Assembly: GCA_038118225.1 (NCBI GenBank)
Contig: JAYOHK010000004.1
Span: 4,773-68,772 of the forward strand
Length of the DNA: 64,000 bases
Reading direction: 5' to 3'
DNA from: Cellulomonadaceae bacterium
Lineage (GTDB): Bacteria > Actinomycetota > Actinomycetes > Actinomycetales > Microbacteriaceae
Shown in pieces: positions 8,577 to 18,488 of the stretch. Each line of letters begins with the position of its first letter. Position 1 is the stretch's first letter. Under the pieces are notes generated by a model. The model made no database searches, was not told the DNA's origin, and saw nothing but the letters and a program-made list of their open reading frames with translations. The position numbers were made by a program, and so were the translations under genes.

Positions 8577-9884
8577 TTAGGCGAGGTTTGGGGGTGGTGA
8601 GGCCACGTGGGCGTCAGACGACTGAGAACTGGGCTTTGGGTCGAACGTTTCGATCAGCTCTACCTCTTCCCGAATTACCTTCGCGAGGCGTGAAATACCC
8701 TCGCGGATGTTTTCCGGGGTGGGGTAACAAAACGCCAGGCGCATGTGGCCCTCTCCCCGGCCATCGGCGAAGAAGGCAGTTCCTGGCGTGTAGGCAACGA
8801 GCTCGGTAACGGCTCGGGGAAGCATTTCTTTGGAGTTCAGCCCCTCTGGCAAATCAAGCCACAAGAAGAATCCTCCACCTGGCATGGTGTGGCGAATACC
8901 GGGCAGTTCGTGCGCGAGCGCGTCCACCATGGCGTCTCGACGTTCTTTATAGAGCGCCCGGAATTCATCGATTTGGCCCTGCCAATCGGTGTGGGCCAAG
9001 TAGTCGGCGACGACCAGCTGCGAGAAGGGGCTTGGTGACAACACGGCAGCCTCAGACGCTAAAATGAGTTTTTCTCGAATACCGTGGGGGGCGACCACCC
9101 ATCCCACGCGAAGTCCCGGAGCGAGGGTTTTAGAAAAAGACCCCAGGTAGATGATTCCCTTGTCGCCTGCAGCTCGCATCGCGGGAGGAGCCGGCTGGTC
9201 AAACCACAACAGGCCATAGGGATTGTCTTCGACAATCAAGATCTCGGCCTCGTGGGCAATGTCAATAATTTCTAAACGCCTCGCGGCGCTCAACGTCACG
9301 CCTGCGGGGTTTTGGAAGTTCGGGATCAAATAGATCATCTTGATCGGCTTGCCCTCAGAGCGTGCCTGATCAATTGCGTCCGTCAAGGCACTGGGAATGA
9401 TGCCGTCATCATCCATTGGCACGTGGCGCACGTCCGCCTGGTAGCTACGGAAGACTCCCAGAGCACCCACGTAGCTGGGTGATTCTGCCAACACCACGTC
9501 CCCGGGGTTAATGAAAAGCCTGGCGACCAAGTCGAGGCCGTGTTGGGACCCAGTAGTCACCACAACGTCGTCTGGTCTGGCTGAAATGCCCTCTTTGGCC
9601 ATGACCTGCACGATTTGTTCGCGAAGCAGCGGGTGGCCTTGTCCAGAGCCGTATTGGAGTGCTTCTGGACCGCGGTCGTCGATCACCCGGTTGAGGGTTT
9701 CTTTGATGCGATCTTCCGAAATTGCCCGCACATACGGCATTCCACCCGCCAAAGAGACCACTTCTGGTCTATTTGCCACGGCAAAAAGTGCGCGCACTTC
9801 AGAGGCGCTCAACCCGCTCGAGCGATCGGCATAGTGGTGCATCCAGGGGTCGAGGATGATTCCCTGGGTGTTTTTATCCACCAT
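8577..9884 (-). CDS. PLP-dependent class I/II aminotransferase (2-aminoadipate/LysN-like)
   Basis: SLAGGMP, PNFQNPAG, EDNPY, GSFSKTLAPGLRVGW. Confidence 0.92.
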   Translation of the reverse strand: MVDKNTQGIILDPWMHHYADRSSGLSASEVRALFAVANRPEVVSLAGGMPYVRAISEDRIKETLNRVIDDRGPEALQYGSGQGHPLLREQIVQVMAKEGISARPDDVVVTTGSQHGLDLVARLFINPGDVVLAESPSYVGALGVFRSYQADVRHVPMDDDGIIPSALTDAIDQARSEGKPIKMIYLIPNFQNPAGVTLSAARRLEIIDIAHEAEILIVEDNPYGLLWFDQPAPPAMRAAGDKGIIYLGSFSKTLAPGLRVGWVVAPHGIREKLILASEAAVLSPSPFSQLVVADYLAHTDWQGQIDEFRALYKERRDAMVDALAHELPGIRHTMPGGGFFLWLDLPEGLNSKEMLPRAVTELVAYTPGTAFFADGRGEGHMRLAFCYPTPENIREGISRLAKVIREEVELIETFDPKPSSQSSDAHVASPPPNLA

Positions 9885-9931
9885 GGTTGCTCCCTAAAGG
9901 GCGGGCACGTATCCCACCAGGGTAGGGCAGA

Positions 9932-10255
9932 TTAGGCGAGGAATTCAGCTAAGTCCTGCTCGAGTGCAGGCTTGGGCTTTGCGCCGATGACGGTTTTGAC
10001 CACTTCGCCGCCCTTGAACACCTTCATCGTGGGGATGGAAGTGATCTGATACTTCATTGCGGTTTCTGGGTTGTGGTCGACGTTGAGCTTCACGATTTCG
10101 ATCTTGTCGGCGTGCTCAGTGGCAATCTGGTCCAAAATCGGGGATACCGCGCGGCAGGGGCCACACCATTCGGCCCAAAAGTCCACCATGATCGGCTTTT
10201 CACTAGCCAGAACATCCTCGGCGAAGGTCTGGTCACTCACGTCTTTGGCGCTCAT
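9932..10255 (-). CDS. trxA: Thioredoxin
   Basis: WAEWCGPC active site. Confidence 0.98.
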   Translation of the reverse strand: MSAKDVSDQTFAEDVLASEKPIMVDFWAEWCGPCRAVSPILDQIATEHADKIEIVKLNVDHNPETAMKYQITSIPTMKVFKGGEVVKTVIGAKPKPALEQDLAEFLA

Positions 10256-10268
10256 TATTTCTCCTCGG

Positions 10269-11195
10269 TTATTTACTTAACGACTCTATGTAATGCTGCG
10301 CATCCAGCGCGGCGACGGTTCCCGAACCCGCTGCAGTGACGGCTTGTCGGTAGGTGGGGTCGATGACATCTCCCGCGGCAAACACGCCCTCGACCGACGT
10401 CTTAGAGCTTCGACCCTGAACCTGAACGGTTCCGTGCTCGGTGAGCTCCAGCTTTCCGTGCACCAAGTGGACTCTGGGGTCAGAACCAATGGCGACAAAC
10501 AGGCCATCTAGATCCAAGGTGGTCTCTTCACCGGTTTCAGTGTTTTTCAGTCCCACACCCGTGACCTGCTCGGTGCCATAAATGTGGGCAACCTGCTGGA
10601 AGTACTTAAATTCGATCTTGGGGTCTGCTTTGGCTCGGTCAATCATCGCGGCAGAGGCGCGAAGGGTGTCAGAGCGGTGGATGATGTAGACCTTGTCGGC
10701 AAAGCGGGTGAGGAAGGTGGCCTCTTCCATCGCCGAGTCGCCACCGCCGACGACGGCGACGGTCTTTTCGCGGAAGAATGCGCCGTCGCAGGTGGCACAC
10801 CAGCTCAGACCGTGGCCGCTGAGGGATTCTTCTTCCGCCAGTCCCAGCTTGCGGTAGGCAGAACCCGTGGCGAAGATCAAGGCTTTCGCTTCCAAAACGT
10901 CACCATTTCCCAGGGTGACTTTTTTGACGGGTCCATCGAGTACCAACTCGGTGGCATCGTCATAGATGATCTCTGCACCGTGCTTTTCTGCCTGTGCCTG
11001 CATCTTCATCATGAGCTCTGGGCCCATGACACCGTCAGGGAACCCGGGGAAGTTATCGACATCGGTGGTGAGCATCAAGTCGCCACCAAATTCAACAGAC
11101 GACGCGACAACAACGGGAGCCAAATTGGCGCGCGCAGCATAGATAGCGGCGGTGTAGCCGGCAGGGCCAGAGCCGATGATGATGAGTTCTCGCAT
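10269..11195 (-). CDS. trxB: Thioredoxin reductase
   Basis: GSGPAGYTAA, CATCDG, GGGDSAMEEA; ATG at 11195 preferred start. Confidence 0.98.
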   Translation of the reverse strand: MRELIIIGSGPAGYTAAIYAARANLAPVVVASSVEFGGDLMLTTDVDNFPGFPDGVMGPELMMKMQAQAEKHGAEIIYDDATELVLDGPVKKVTLGNGDVLEAKALIFATGSAYRKLGLAEEESLSGHGLSWCATCDGAFFREKTVAVVGGGDSAMEEATFLTRFADKVYIIHRSDTLRASAAMIDRAKADPKIEFKYFQQVAHIYGTEQVTGVGLKNTETGEETTLDLDGLFVAIGSDPRVHLVHGKLELTEHGTVQVQGRSSKTSVEGVFAAGDVIDPTYRQAVTAAGSGTVAALDAQHYIESLSK

Positions 11196-11251
11196 GACCA
11201 ACTATTCCTAGTAAAAAAGGCGTGAGCCTTCAGTGTAGATAGTGAAGATGG

Positions 11252-12907
11252 CTATCTGGTGAACACCTTGCGGAGAAGTCGAATTCCGCCGCCCAAAATT
11301 GCCGCAGCGTCATCATTTCGCACCAGTCGAAGCACACCGAGGTAGACCACGCTCATCGCCAGAGCGCCTGCGGCAAGCGCCACAAGGGGCCCCAACACAC
11401 TCGACATCACAAAACCATCGGGGTGTGATCCGCCTAGTGCGTTGAGCAGGGTCACTCCCACCGCACTAGCAAGAACGGCCGCAATGACAAACAACAACAG
11501 TCGCCCCACGAGTGTGTGCAGGCGAAGGCCACCGAGCTTGTTGCGCAGCAACACCAACGCCACAATCAGCTGAAGCCAGGAGGCAATCGATGCGGACAGC
11601 GCAAGAGATGACGCAATGTCGCTGGTGGAGAATCCTTGGACCACGAGGGCAAGCGCGATAAACACTGCGGTGTGAACAAGCTGAAACATAAACGGTGTTC
11701 TGGTGTCACCCAGCGAGTAGTAGACGCGCTGAATGACAAACACCAGGCTAAAAGCAACCAGTCCTACCGCGTAGGCGCTCATCACCAGCGCCATCGCGGA
11801 CACCGCGCTTGGCTCTCCGCCAAATAACCGGGCAAAAGGAATCGACAACGTGATCAGGCCCGCTGATGCGAGGACCATCATTAATCCAATGCGCCTGATT
11901 GAGGCAGTCACATCAGCACGAAGCAAGTCGGTGTCACCCGCGTTCGCGTGGGCAGACATTCGGGTGAAGTATGCGGTCGCGAGTGAGACGGTGATGACCG
12001 AGTGGGGGACCATAAACAACAGCCACGAGAAGCGAAGGATGGCAAGACCGGCTTCGCCGTCGCTGGTGGCCAAGGTGGCGACATTGGCTTGGACGACTCC
12101 TGCGACCTGGGCGATCAAGATCATTCCAAACAGCCAGCCGGCTGCTTTCCCTGTTGCCGCAAGGCCCACACCACGCCAGGCGAAGTCGGGACGGTAATCA
12201 ATTCCAGCTTTTCGCCAAAACACCAACAAGATAAGCGCTTGCAGTGCGATACCCGCCGTTGCTCCACCACCGAGCACAGCCGTCATAGCTGGGGTCCACT
12301 CGAGTGCGTTGGACGTATCAACACCGGAGAACAGTGCGCCAAAGATGAGTAGCCCAGCGATTACTACCAGGTTGTTCACTACGGGAGCCCAGGTGAAGGG
12401 CCCAAAAACGCTTCTGGCGTTTAATACTTCGCCAAAGAGGCTATAGAGCGCATAGAAGAGGACCTGTGGCAAACACCAGTAGGCAAGTGCCGTGGCAAGC
12501 GCAATATCAGCGTCACTAAATCCAGGTCCGCTGCCGCCTCCCTCTTGGGCGTAGAGCATGACAAGAAGCGGAGCAAGAAGGGTTGCCAGGGCAGCCAGCG
12601 ATATGAAGATGACAAATCCGAGCGTGACGATTTTGTTGATGTAGGCCGCGCCCCCATCACTGCCGCTGCTGGCTCGGACAATTTGTGGAACCAACACCGC
12701 CGTCATCACACCGCCGGCGATGAGAGCGTAAATATTGTTGGGCAGTTGGTTGGCAAGGGCAAAAGCATCCGCTCCCGACCCGACGGTGCCGAGTGTCCGA
12801 GCGAGCAAAATGGCGCTCAGGAACCCGAGCAGCCGAGAAATAATCGTGCCACTGGCCATGATTGCTCCGGCCCGACCAATTCCCCCGGTCGACGTCGACT
12901 TAGCCAC
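11252..12907 (-). CDS. murJ: Lipid II flippase MurJ (MviN)
   Basis: SRLLGF, ANQLPN, multi-TM protein; conserved position next to trxB. Confidence 0.93.
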   Translation of the reverse strand: MAKSTSTGGIGRAGAIMASGTIISRLLGFLSAILLARTLGTVGSGADAFALANQLPNNIYALIAGGVMTAVLVPQIVRASSGSDGGAAYINKIVTLGFVIFISLAALATLLAPLLVMLYAQEGGGSGPGFSDADIALATALAYWCLPQVLFYALYSLFGEVLNARSVFGPFTWAPVVNNLVVIAGLLIFGALFSGVDTSNALEWTPAMTAVLGGGATAGIALQALILLVFWRKAGIDYRPDFAWRGVGLAATGKAAGWLFGMILIAQVAGVVQANVATLATSDGEAGLAILRFSWLLFMVPHSVITVSLATAYFTRMSAHANAGDTDLLRADVTASIRRIGLMMVLASAGLITLSIPFARLFGGEPSAVSAMALVMSAYAVGLVAFSLVFVIQRVYYSLGDTRTPFMFQLVHTAVFIALALVVQGFSTSDIASSLALSASIASWLQLIVALVLLRNKLGGLRLHTLVGRLLLFVIAAVLASAVGVTLLNALGGSHPDGFVMSSVLGPLVALAAGALAMSVVYLGVLRLVRNDDAAAILGGGIRLLRKVFTR

Positions 12908-14861
12908 GATTCACCTCTGCTTCTTCATGGCGTTGCCGAATGCGGCGCTGAATTGCGCGGTAGAGACCGAAGGCAAACACCGCGATGATGACCACCGCGA
13001 GGCTAATGGTGATTACGCTCTCCCAGCCCGCCCGCACGGTGACTTGGATGCTGATGGTTTCACCCACTTGTTCACCGAGTGCGTTATTCAACGAGATTTC
13101 GACCGGAGCAACACCGTTAGCCAGCGAGCGCACGGGCACACCTACTCGTTGGAAGGAGTTGGCGGGAACTTGGACATCCACCCTGGTTTGTTCTACGCGC
13201 AACAACCCTCTGGTTGGTTTCACAACAAGTTCCACGTGAACCGGGGTAGGCAGGCTATTTCGAATAGTGACCGGAAGCTCAGTACGGTCAGCGAGCACCG
13301 TGATGGAGCTTCCCTGTTCAATCCAGACTGAGTTCTGGAATGCGGCAGAGTCGTCTAACGCCCGCTCCCATTCAGAGAGGCGCCCCTGCGTATTGTTTCG
13401 CCAGGCAGACGAAAACAGCGCCAAATACCTATTCCAGCGCTCCACGATGGCAAGTTCAGGGTTGCTCGCGATGATCGAGTAGCGAACATCTGAGTTCCAC
13501 AGCTCAAAGACTTGGTCAACAAAGGTCGACCAGGCCCGCTCAGGTGCGGATTCATTGATTCCCAGTGCCAATTCGTTCGGGTCAGCACCGAGAGGAACAC
13601 CGACGACGTCGACATAGGTGACGTTTTCCAGCCGGGTCAACACGTCTTCCAAACGAAGTGCCGTGGCGGTGGCGGGAAGTCGCCCGGTGTCCACGACCAA
13701 CACTTCACCGGTTTGGCTAAAGGCACGCTTGGCCACGAGTCCTTGCACTCTCTGGAGTGCTGCTTCTGCCTCTACTTCGCTCGAGGCCACCACGGCAGAG
13801 ACAAGCTCACTCGAGAGGTCTTCGTCGACGCGGATCATCGTGGTTTGTCCGTATTGGATGACCGTGCGGTCGCTGGTGACGACGGAACTGGGCACCAATA
13901 CGGCTTCTGCAGAGCGCTGCGCCAGAAGATCGAGTTGGTCGCTGGTGACCTCAGGGGAGTGAAGCCAAGGGTATTGACCAAGGCGGGCATAGAGCAGCGA
14001 GTCGATTTCTAATGCAGCGAGAGGATCGGCATCCGCCCAGGGCAGGGCAAATTGGGCAAAGCCCAAATCTTCCAAATCAGACACCCACGCTTCGGCACTG
14101 GGAGGCGCATCTTCGGCGAGCGCTTGAACGGACAAGATGATCCTGGAATCCACCGCGATCGTTGCCGGGTGTCGACGGAGAACTCCGGCGACCGCGTCGA
14201 GTGGACCACCGGCAGCGGTGTAGGCCTCGAGCTCTTCTTTGCTCAGCGGCTGACCCCCGGTGGGCGGAACGGTCAAGGTCACGATGGGCGCGACGGGGGT
14301 TGGCGGAACGAGTGAATCTGTAGGAACCACAATCAACACTTGGCGGTTACTCAGCAGTGGCTCACCGTCTGTGGCCTCGGGGGATTCAAATAAGTCGGCT
14401 TGAAGGCCGAAAATCTGCGGTTCTTGATCCACAGCTTCTGGGTCACCAGGCGCCACGACGGGGATGCGCACGTCACCGGTTTCTAACTCCAACACTTCCG
14501 GGCTAAACACGGTGTCGATTTCGGTGAGAACGGGGTCTGCTTCACGGTTTAAATAGCGACGAAGGGCCGTTTCGGTGACAAGCGGCTCCTCAGTGATTGA
14601 GAGGCGAACAGCCCGCTCGGGAATAGGCGAGGCTTCGAGGGCGCGAAGGGTGACTCGAACAGTTGCTTCTTGGCCAGGAGCGACGATGGAGCCTTCTTGA
14701 ACAAACAAGTCAATGGCACCATTCGAGGATTCCGATTCCGCCGCGAACGTATCTGACGAGGTCAGTGCGGGGAGAGCCAGTCCCGACGTGACGATCAAGG
14801 TCGCGGTGACAAGGCGTCCCATGACCGTCGTGAACCGGCCGCTAGGCCCCATTTTTGTCAT
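12900..14861 (-). CDS. Large secreted/membrane-anchored protein (DUF6049-like) overlapping murJ
   Basis: N-terminal signal peptide, C-terminal Ig-like region and TM helix; usual actinobacterial position between cca and murJ. Confidence 0.7.
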   Translation of the reverse strand: MTKMGPSGRFTTVMGRLVTATLIVTSGLALPALTSSDTFAAESESSNGAIDLFVQEGSIVAPGQEATVRVTLRALEASPIPERAVRLSITEEPLVTETALRRYLNREADPVLTEIDTVFSPEVLELETGDVRIPVVAPGDPEAVDQEPQIFGLQADLFESPEATDGEPLLSNRQVLIVVPTDSLVPPTPVAPIVTLTVPPTGGQPLSKEELEAYTAAGGPLDAVAGVLRRHPATIAVDSRIILSVQALAEDAPPSAEAWVSDLEDLGFAQFALPWADADPLAALEIDSLLYARLGQYPWLHSPEVTSDQLDLLAQRSAEAVLVPSSVVTSDRTVIQYGQTTMIRVDEDLSSELVSAVVASSEVEAEAALQRVQGLVAKRAFSQTGEVLVVDTGRLPATATALRLEDVLTRLENVTYVDVVGVPLGADPNELALGINESAPERAWSTFVDQVFELWNSDVRYSIIASNPELAIVERWNRYLALFSSAWRNNTQGRLSEWERALDDSAAFQNSVWIEQGSSITVLADRTELPVTIRNSLPTPVHVELVVKPTRGLLRVEQTRVDVQVPANSFQRVGVPVRSLANGVAPVEISLNNALGEQVGETISIQVTVRAGWESVITISLAVVIIAVFAFGLYRAIQRRIRQRHEEAEVNRG

Positions 14862-14912
14862 TCGAAGCCGAGCCTCATCCCGTTCGCTGGCACCCTAGAA
14901 GTCTAGACTTTG

Positions 14913-16346
14913 ATGACGATGACACGTGTTGCCCAGGCCATTGACACTTTAAAGTCCCTCGTTGACCAACCCCCGGTGTCGATTCTCGCGAACGCTTTTG
15001 AATCTGCCGGATATGAGTTGGCGCTGGTGGGGGGACCCGTTCGCGACGCCTTTTTAGGAAGGCCCGTAAACGATCTGGACTTCACCACCTCTGCTCGCCC
15101 CGATGAAATCGAAAAGGTCGTCGCGCCGATTGCCGATGCCACCTGGGATGTGGGCCGAGACTTTGGCACCATTGCCGCTCGCTTTGGCGACCACACGGTT
15201 GAAATCACCACCTACCGCGCGGACTCTTATGACGGGGTGACGAGAAAACCTACGGTCGAATTTGGCACCAGCCTCGACGACGATTTGATTCGGCGCGACT
15301 TCACGATGAACGCGATGGCCCTTCGTCTTCCCGGCGCCGTATTGGTCGACCCCTATGGCGGGCTCGATGACCTGTTGAACAAAACCCTTCGTACGCCAAG
15401 CGCGGCTGAGGTGTCGTTTTCGGACGACCCGCTTCGGATGATGCGCGCCTGCCGCTTTGTCGCTCAGCTGGGCGCGACATTGCACATCGACACCGCCGAA
15501 GCGCTCTCGAACATGGCGGGCAAGATCCAATCGATTTCAGCCGAGCGGGTTCGTGACGAGCTGAGCAAACTGCTGCTGACTGATACTCCTCGGGCAGGAA
15601 TTGAACACCTGGTCGATTCGGGCTTGGCCGAATACGTCGTGCCAGAGCTTGCCCTGTTACAGCAAGAAAAAGACGAGCACCGCCGCCACAAAGACGTCTA
15701 TCAACACAGTCTCACCGTGGTCGATCAAGCAATCGACTTGGAAAAGAGTCGACACCCGGGAGAGCCGGCCGACATTGTCGTGCGCCTCGCGGCCTTGCTC
15801 CACGACATTGGAAAGCCAGTCACGAAGAAGTTTGAATCGGGCGGCCAAGTCACCTTCCACCACCACGACGTCGTCGGAGCGAAGATGGCGAAGAAGCGTT
15901 TGAAGGCGCTTCGCTTTGATAACGCCACCGTGGACAAGGTTGCTCGGGTGGTGGAGCTTCACCTTCGGTTCTTTGGTTACGCCGATCAAGGCTGGAGTGA
16001 TTCTGCGGTGCGTCGGTATGTGCGAGACGCCGACGACGTGTTGGAACAACTCCACATCATCACCCGCGCCGATGTGACGACTAGAAACCAGCAAAAAGCG
16101 GACCGTTTGGCCTTTGCCTATGACGATTTGGAAGCGCGTATTGCCCAACTGGCCGAGCAAGAAGAGCTCGGCGCCATGCGCCCCGACCTCGACGGCGAAC
16201 AGATCATGGCCATTTTGGGCATTGGCCCCTCCCGGACCGTGGGTGAGGCTTATAGGTATTTGCTCGAGATGCGAATCGATGAAGGCCCACTCGGCGAGGA
16301 AGAAGCCACGAAGCGCCTCCACGAATGGTGGGCTGCGAAGAACTAG
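14913..16346 (+). CDS. cca: CCA-adding tRNA nucleotidyltransferase with HD domain
   Basis: LVGGPVRD..DLDF, RRDFTMNAM, DDPLRMMR, LLHDIGK; exact start uncertain (14910-14919). Confidence 0.96.
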   Translation: MTMTRVAQAIDTLKSLVDQPPVSILANAFESAGYELALVGGPVRDAFLGRPVNDLDFTTSARPDEIEKVVAPIADATWDVGRDFGTIAARFGDHTVEITTYRADSYDGVTRKPTVEFGTSLDDDLIRRDFTMNAMALRLPGAVLVDPYGGLDDLLNKTLRTPSAAEVSFSDDPLRMMRACRFVAQLGATLHIDTAEALSNMAGKIQSISAERVRDELSKLLLTDTPRAGIEHLVDSGLAEYVVPELALLQQEKDEHRRHKDVYQHSLTVVDQAIDLEKSRHPGEPADIVVRLAALLHDIGKPVTKKFESGGQVTFHHHDVVGAKMAKKRLKALRFDNATVDKVARVVELHLRFFGYADQGWSDSAVRRYVRDADDVLEQLHIITRADVTTRNQQKADRLAFAYDDLEARIAQLAEQEELGAMRPDLDGEQIMAILGIGPSRTVGEAYRYLLEMRIDEGPLGEEEATKRLHEWWAAKN

Positions 16347-16409
16347 CAGCTTGCCCGAGGGCCATTTAGCCCAGTAAGCTCGACTCTTGGCCCATTTGGG
16401 CCCGCAGTT

Positions 16410-16460
16410 ACCCTCCTGCTACAGAAATCCTGTGGCCGTTCTAGTCCGAAGGAGGTCGGG
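16410..16460 (+). promoter_or_regulatory. S6:S18 autoregulatory leader RNA of the rpsF operon
   Basis: CCCTCCT can pair with the AGGAGG SD; inner stem CTACAG/CTGTGG followed by CCG, as in the known rpsF leader; -10 TAAGCT at 16375-16380. Confidence 0.7.
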
Positions 16461-16465
16461 TATCC

Positions 16466-16798
16466 GTGCATAAATACGAACTCATGGTGATCTTGGATCC
16501 CGAGCTTGATGAGCGCACCGTTCAGCCAAGCTTGGATCAATTCCTCACCGTTATCACTAACGATGGTGGCACGATCGACAGTGTCGACATTTGGGGCAAG
16601 CGTCGTCTTGCCTACGAAATCCAGAAGAAGTCCGAGGGCATCTACGCCGTCGCGACCTTCAGCGCTACGCCTGCCGCTACCGCTGAGCTCGACCGTCAGC
16701 TTCGCCTCAACGAAGCCGTCATGCGCACCAAGGTGCTGCGTGCCGAAGACGTGTCGTTCCGCATCGGACAAGACGAGGCTGAAGCGAAGGCGAGCTAG
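16466..16798 (+). CDS. rpsF: 30S ribosomal protein S6
   Basis: [19 protein letters not shown]. Confidence 0.98.
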   Translation: MHKYELMVILDPELDERTVQPSLDQFLTVITNDGGTIDSVDIWGKRRLAYEIQKKSEGIYAVATFSATPAATAELDRQLRLNEAVMRTKVLRAEDVSFRIGQDEAEAKAS

Positions 16799-16800
16799 TC

Positions 16801-17286
16801 ATGGCTGGTGAAACCACAATCACGGTAGTCGGCAACCTTACGGCCGACCCAGAGCTCCGCTACACCCAAAACGGTGTGGCCGTGGCGAACTTCACCATTG
16901 CCTCCACCCCCCGCACCTACGACCGCGCAAGCGGTGAGTGGAAGGACGGCGAAGCGCTGTTCATGCGGGCAAGTGTGTGGCGCGAATTCGCCGAGCACGT
17001 CGCAAACTCATTGACCAAGGGCGCTCGCGTGGTGGCCTCTGGTCGTTTGCGTCAGCGCTCCTATGAGACCAAAGAGGGCGAAAAGCGCACCTCGATCGAG
17101 CTGGAAGTCGATGAAATCGGCCCCAGCCTGCGTTACGCCACCGCAGCAGTGACCAAGCAGTCGTCCTCTTCCCGTCAGGGTGGATCAGACGACCAGTGGT
17201 CATCTCCTGCAGCCGGCGGAGCAGTCCAGGACCCCTGGGCTACCCCCGGAGTGGCCGCAGCGCCGAGCGACGACATCCCCTTCTAA
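16801..17286 (+). CDS. ssb: Single-stranded DNA-binding protein
   Basis: [11 protein letters not shown]; acidic tail DDIPF. Confidence 0.99.
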   Translation: MAGETTITVVGNLTADPELRYTQNGVAVANFTIASTPRTYDRASGEWKDGEALFMRASVWREFAEHVANSLTKGARVVASGRLRQRSYETKEGEKRTSIELEVDEIGPSLRYATAAVTKQSSSSRQGGSDDQWSSPAAGGAVQDPWATPGVAAAPSDDIPF

Positions 17287-17328
17287 ACCTCTCGGATCAC
17301 CGAGAACACTTTTTGTAAAGGAATAACT

Positions 17329-17592
17329 ATGGCTGGAAAAGCATCGGGTGCCCCACGTAAACCACGTGGCCCCAAGGGCGGCAAGCCGCTCGCGCCGGTG
17401 AAGGCAATCACTGTTGGCGTAATCGACTACAAAGATGTCGCGACCCTTAAGCGCTTCATCTCCGAGCGTGGAAAGATCCGCGCTCGCCGCATCACCGGAG
17501 TCTCGGTACAGGAGCAGCGCAAGCTCGCTAAGGCAATTAAGAACGCCCGCGAGATGGCTCTTCTTCCTTACGCCGGTGCAGGGAGGAACTAA
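17329..17592 (+). CDS. rpsR: 30S ribosomal protein S18 (Cys-free form)
   Basis: [21 protein letters not shown]. Confidence 0.98.
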   Translation: MAGKASGAPRKPRGPKGGKPLAPVKAITVGVIDYKDVATLKRFISERGKIRARRITGVSVQEQRKLAKAIKNAREMALLPYAGAGRN

Positions 17593-17595
17593 CCC

Positions 17596-18051
17596 ATGAC
17601 CAAGGTGATTTTGACCAACGAGGTCGCTGGCCTCGGTCGCGCAGGTGACGTGGTTGACGTTCGTGGCGGATACGCCCGAAACTTCCTCGTCCCCCAGGGG
17701 TTCGCTGTTGAGTGGACCAAGGGTGGCCAGAAGCAGGTTGACCAGATTCGATCGGCCCGCGAGGCGAAGGCTCTTGCAAGCCACGAAGACGCTGTTGCTC
17801 TGAAGAACAAGCTCGAGTCCACCCCCGTGCAGATTGCTGCACGTGTGGGCAGCGAGGGCCGTCTCTTTGGCTCGGTCACTCGTGCCGACATTGAGAAGGC
17901 TGCAGCAGACCAGGGTGTGGGTTCAATTGACCACCGCACCATCGACATTCCTAAGGCCATCAAGGCCGTGGGTGAGCACCACGCAACTGTTGCTCTCCAC
18001 GATGGAGTTGTCGCTTCGATGACCATCAAGGTGGTTGCCGAGAAGAAGTAG
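17596..18051 (+). CDS. rplI: 50S ribosomal protein L9
   Basis: GYARNFLVPQG, GRLFGSVT. Confidence 0.98.
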   Translation: MTKVILTNEVAGLGRAGDVVDVRGGYARNFLVPQGFAVEWTKGGQKQVDQIRSAREAKALASHEDAVALKNKLESTPVQIAARVGSEGRLFGSVTRADIEKAAADQGVGSIDHRTIDIPKAIKAVGEHHATVALHDGVVASMTIKVVAEKK

Positions 18052-18067
18052 GCGCGAGACGCCTTCG

Positions 18068-18113
18068 GGGCGGGTTATCGGACCATTTTTGGACCCGGTT
18101 GCCCGCCCTTTTT
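18068..18113 (+). terminator. Intrinsic terminator of the rpsF-rplI operon
   Basis: GGGCGGG...CCCGCCC stem followed by TTTTT. Confidence 0.75.
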
Positions 18114-18133
18114 CGTCGGAGGATTTTTCATTT

Positions 18134-18343
18134 CTTTCCACATAACCCTCAATCATTAATAACCCTCAACCACATGTTTATACAGGTTTTGATGTTCGGC
18201 GTTGTGAATTTTTAAGCTCGGTTAAAAAGTATTTTTGAGCAGAAATTGGACGTTTGTGGGTGATTTTGTCCCCAGGTTATACACATATGGAACGGAGTTG
18301 CTCAAGAGCTATTCACAGGGTTATCCACAGGTGTGGTTGAGGG
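18134..18343. promoter_or_regulatory. AT-rich DnaA-box cluster upstream of dnaB
   Basis: TTATCCACA 18321-18329, TTATACACA 18277-18285, CTATTCACA 18309-18317, TTGTCCCCA 18266-18274; 12-bp inverted repeat at 18163-18174/18332-18343. Confidence 0.75.
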
Positions 18344-18424
18344 ATGTTTCGACTCTGTTTATGGTGAAGGGTCTGTCTTTACCAGCGGGTCGATTTCATA
18401 CTCTCTGACAGGGCAATGGGGCCG

Positions 18425-18446
18425 TGTCAGAGGTCACTGATAGAAC
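18425..18446 (+). promoter_or_regulatory. RecA-NDp/PafBC-type DNA-damage promoter of dnaB
   Basis: TGTCAG-N10-TAGAAC matches TGTC(G/A)G-N10-TA. Confidence 0.65.
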
Positions 18447-18488
18447 AACTACACACCACGTTGTGGTGCACGAAAGGGGGCTAGCCAC

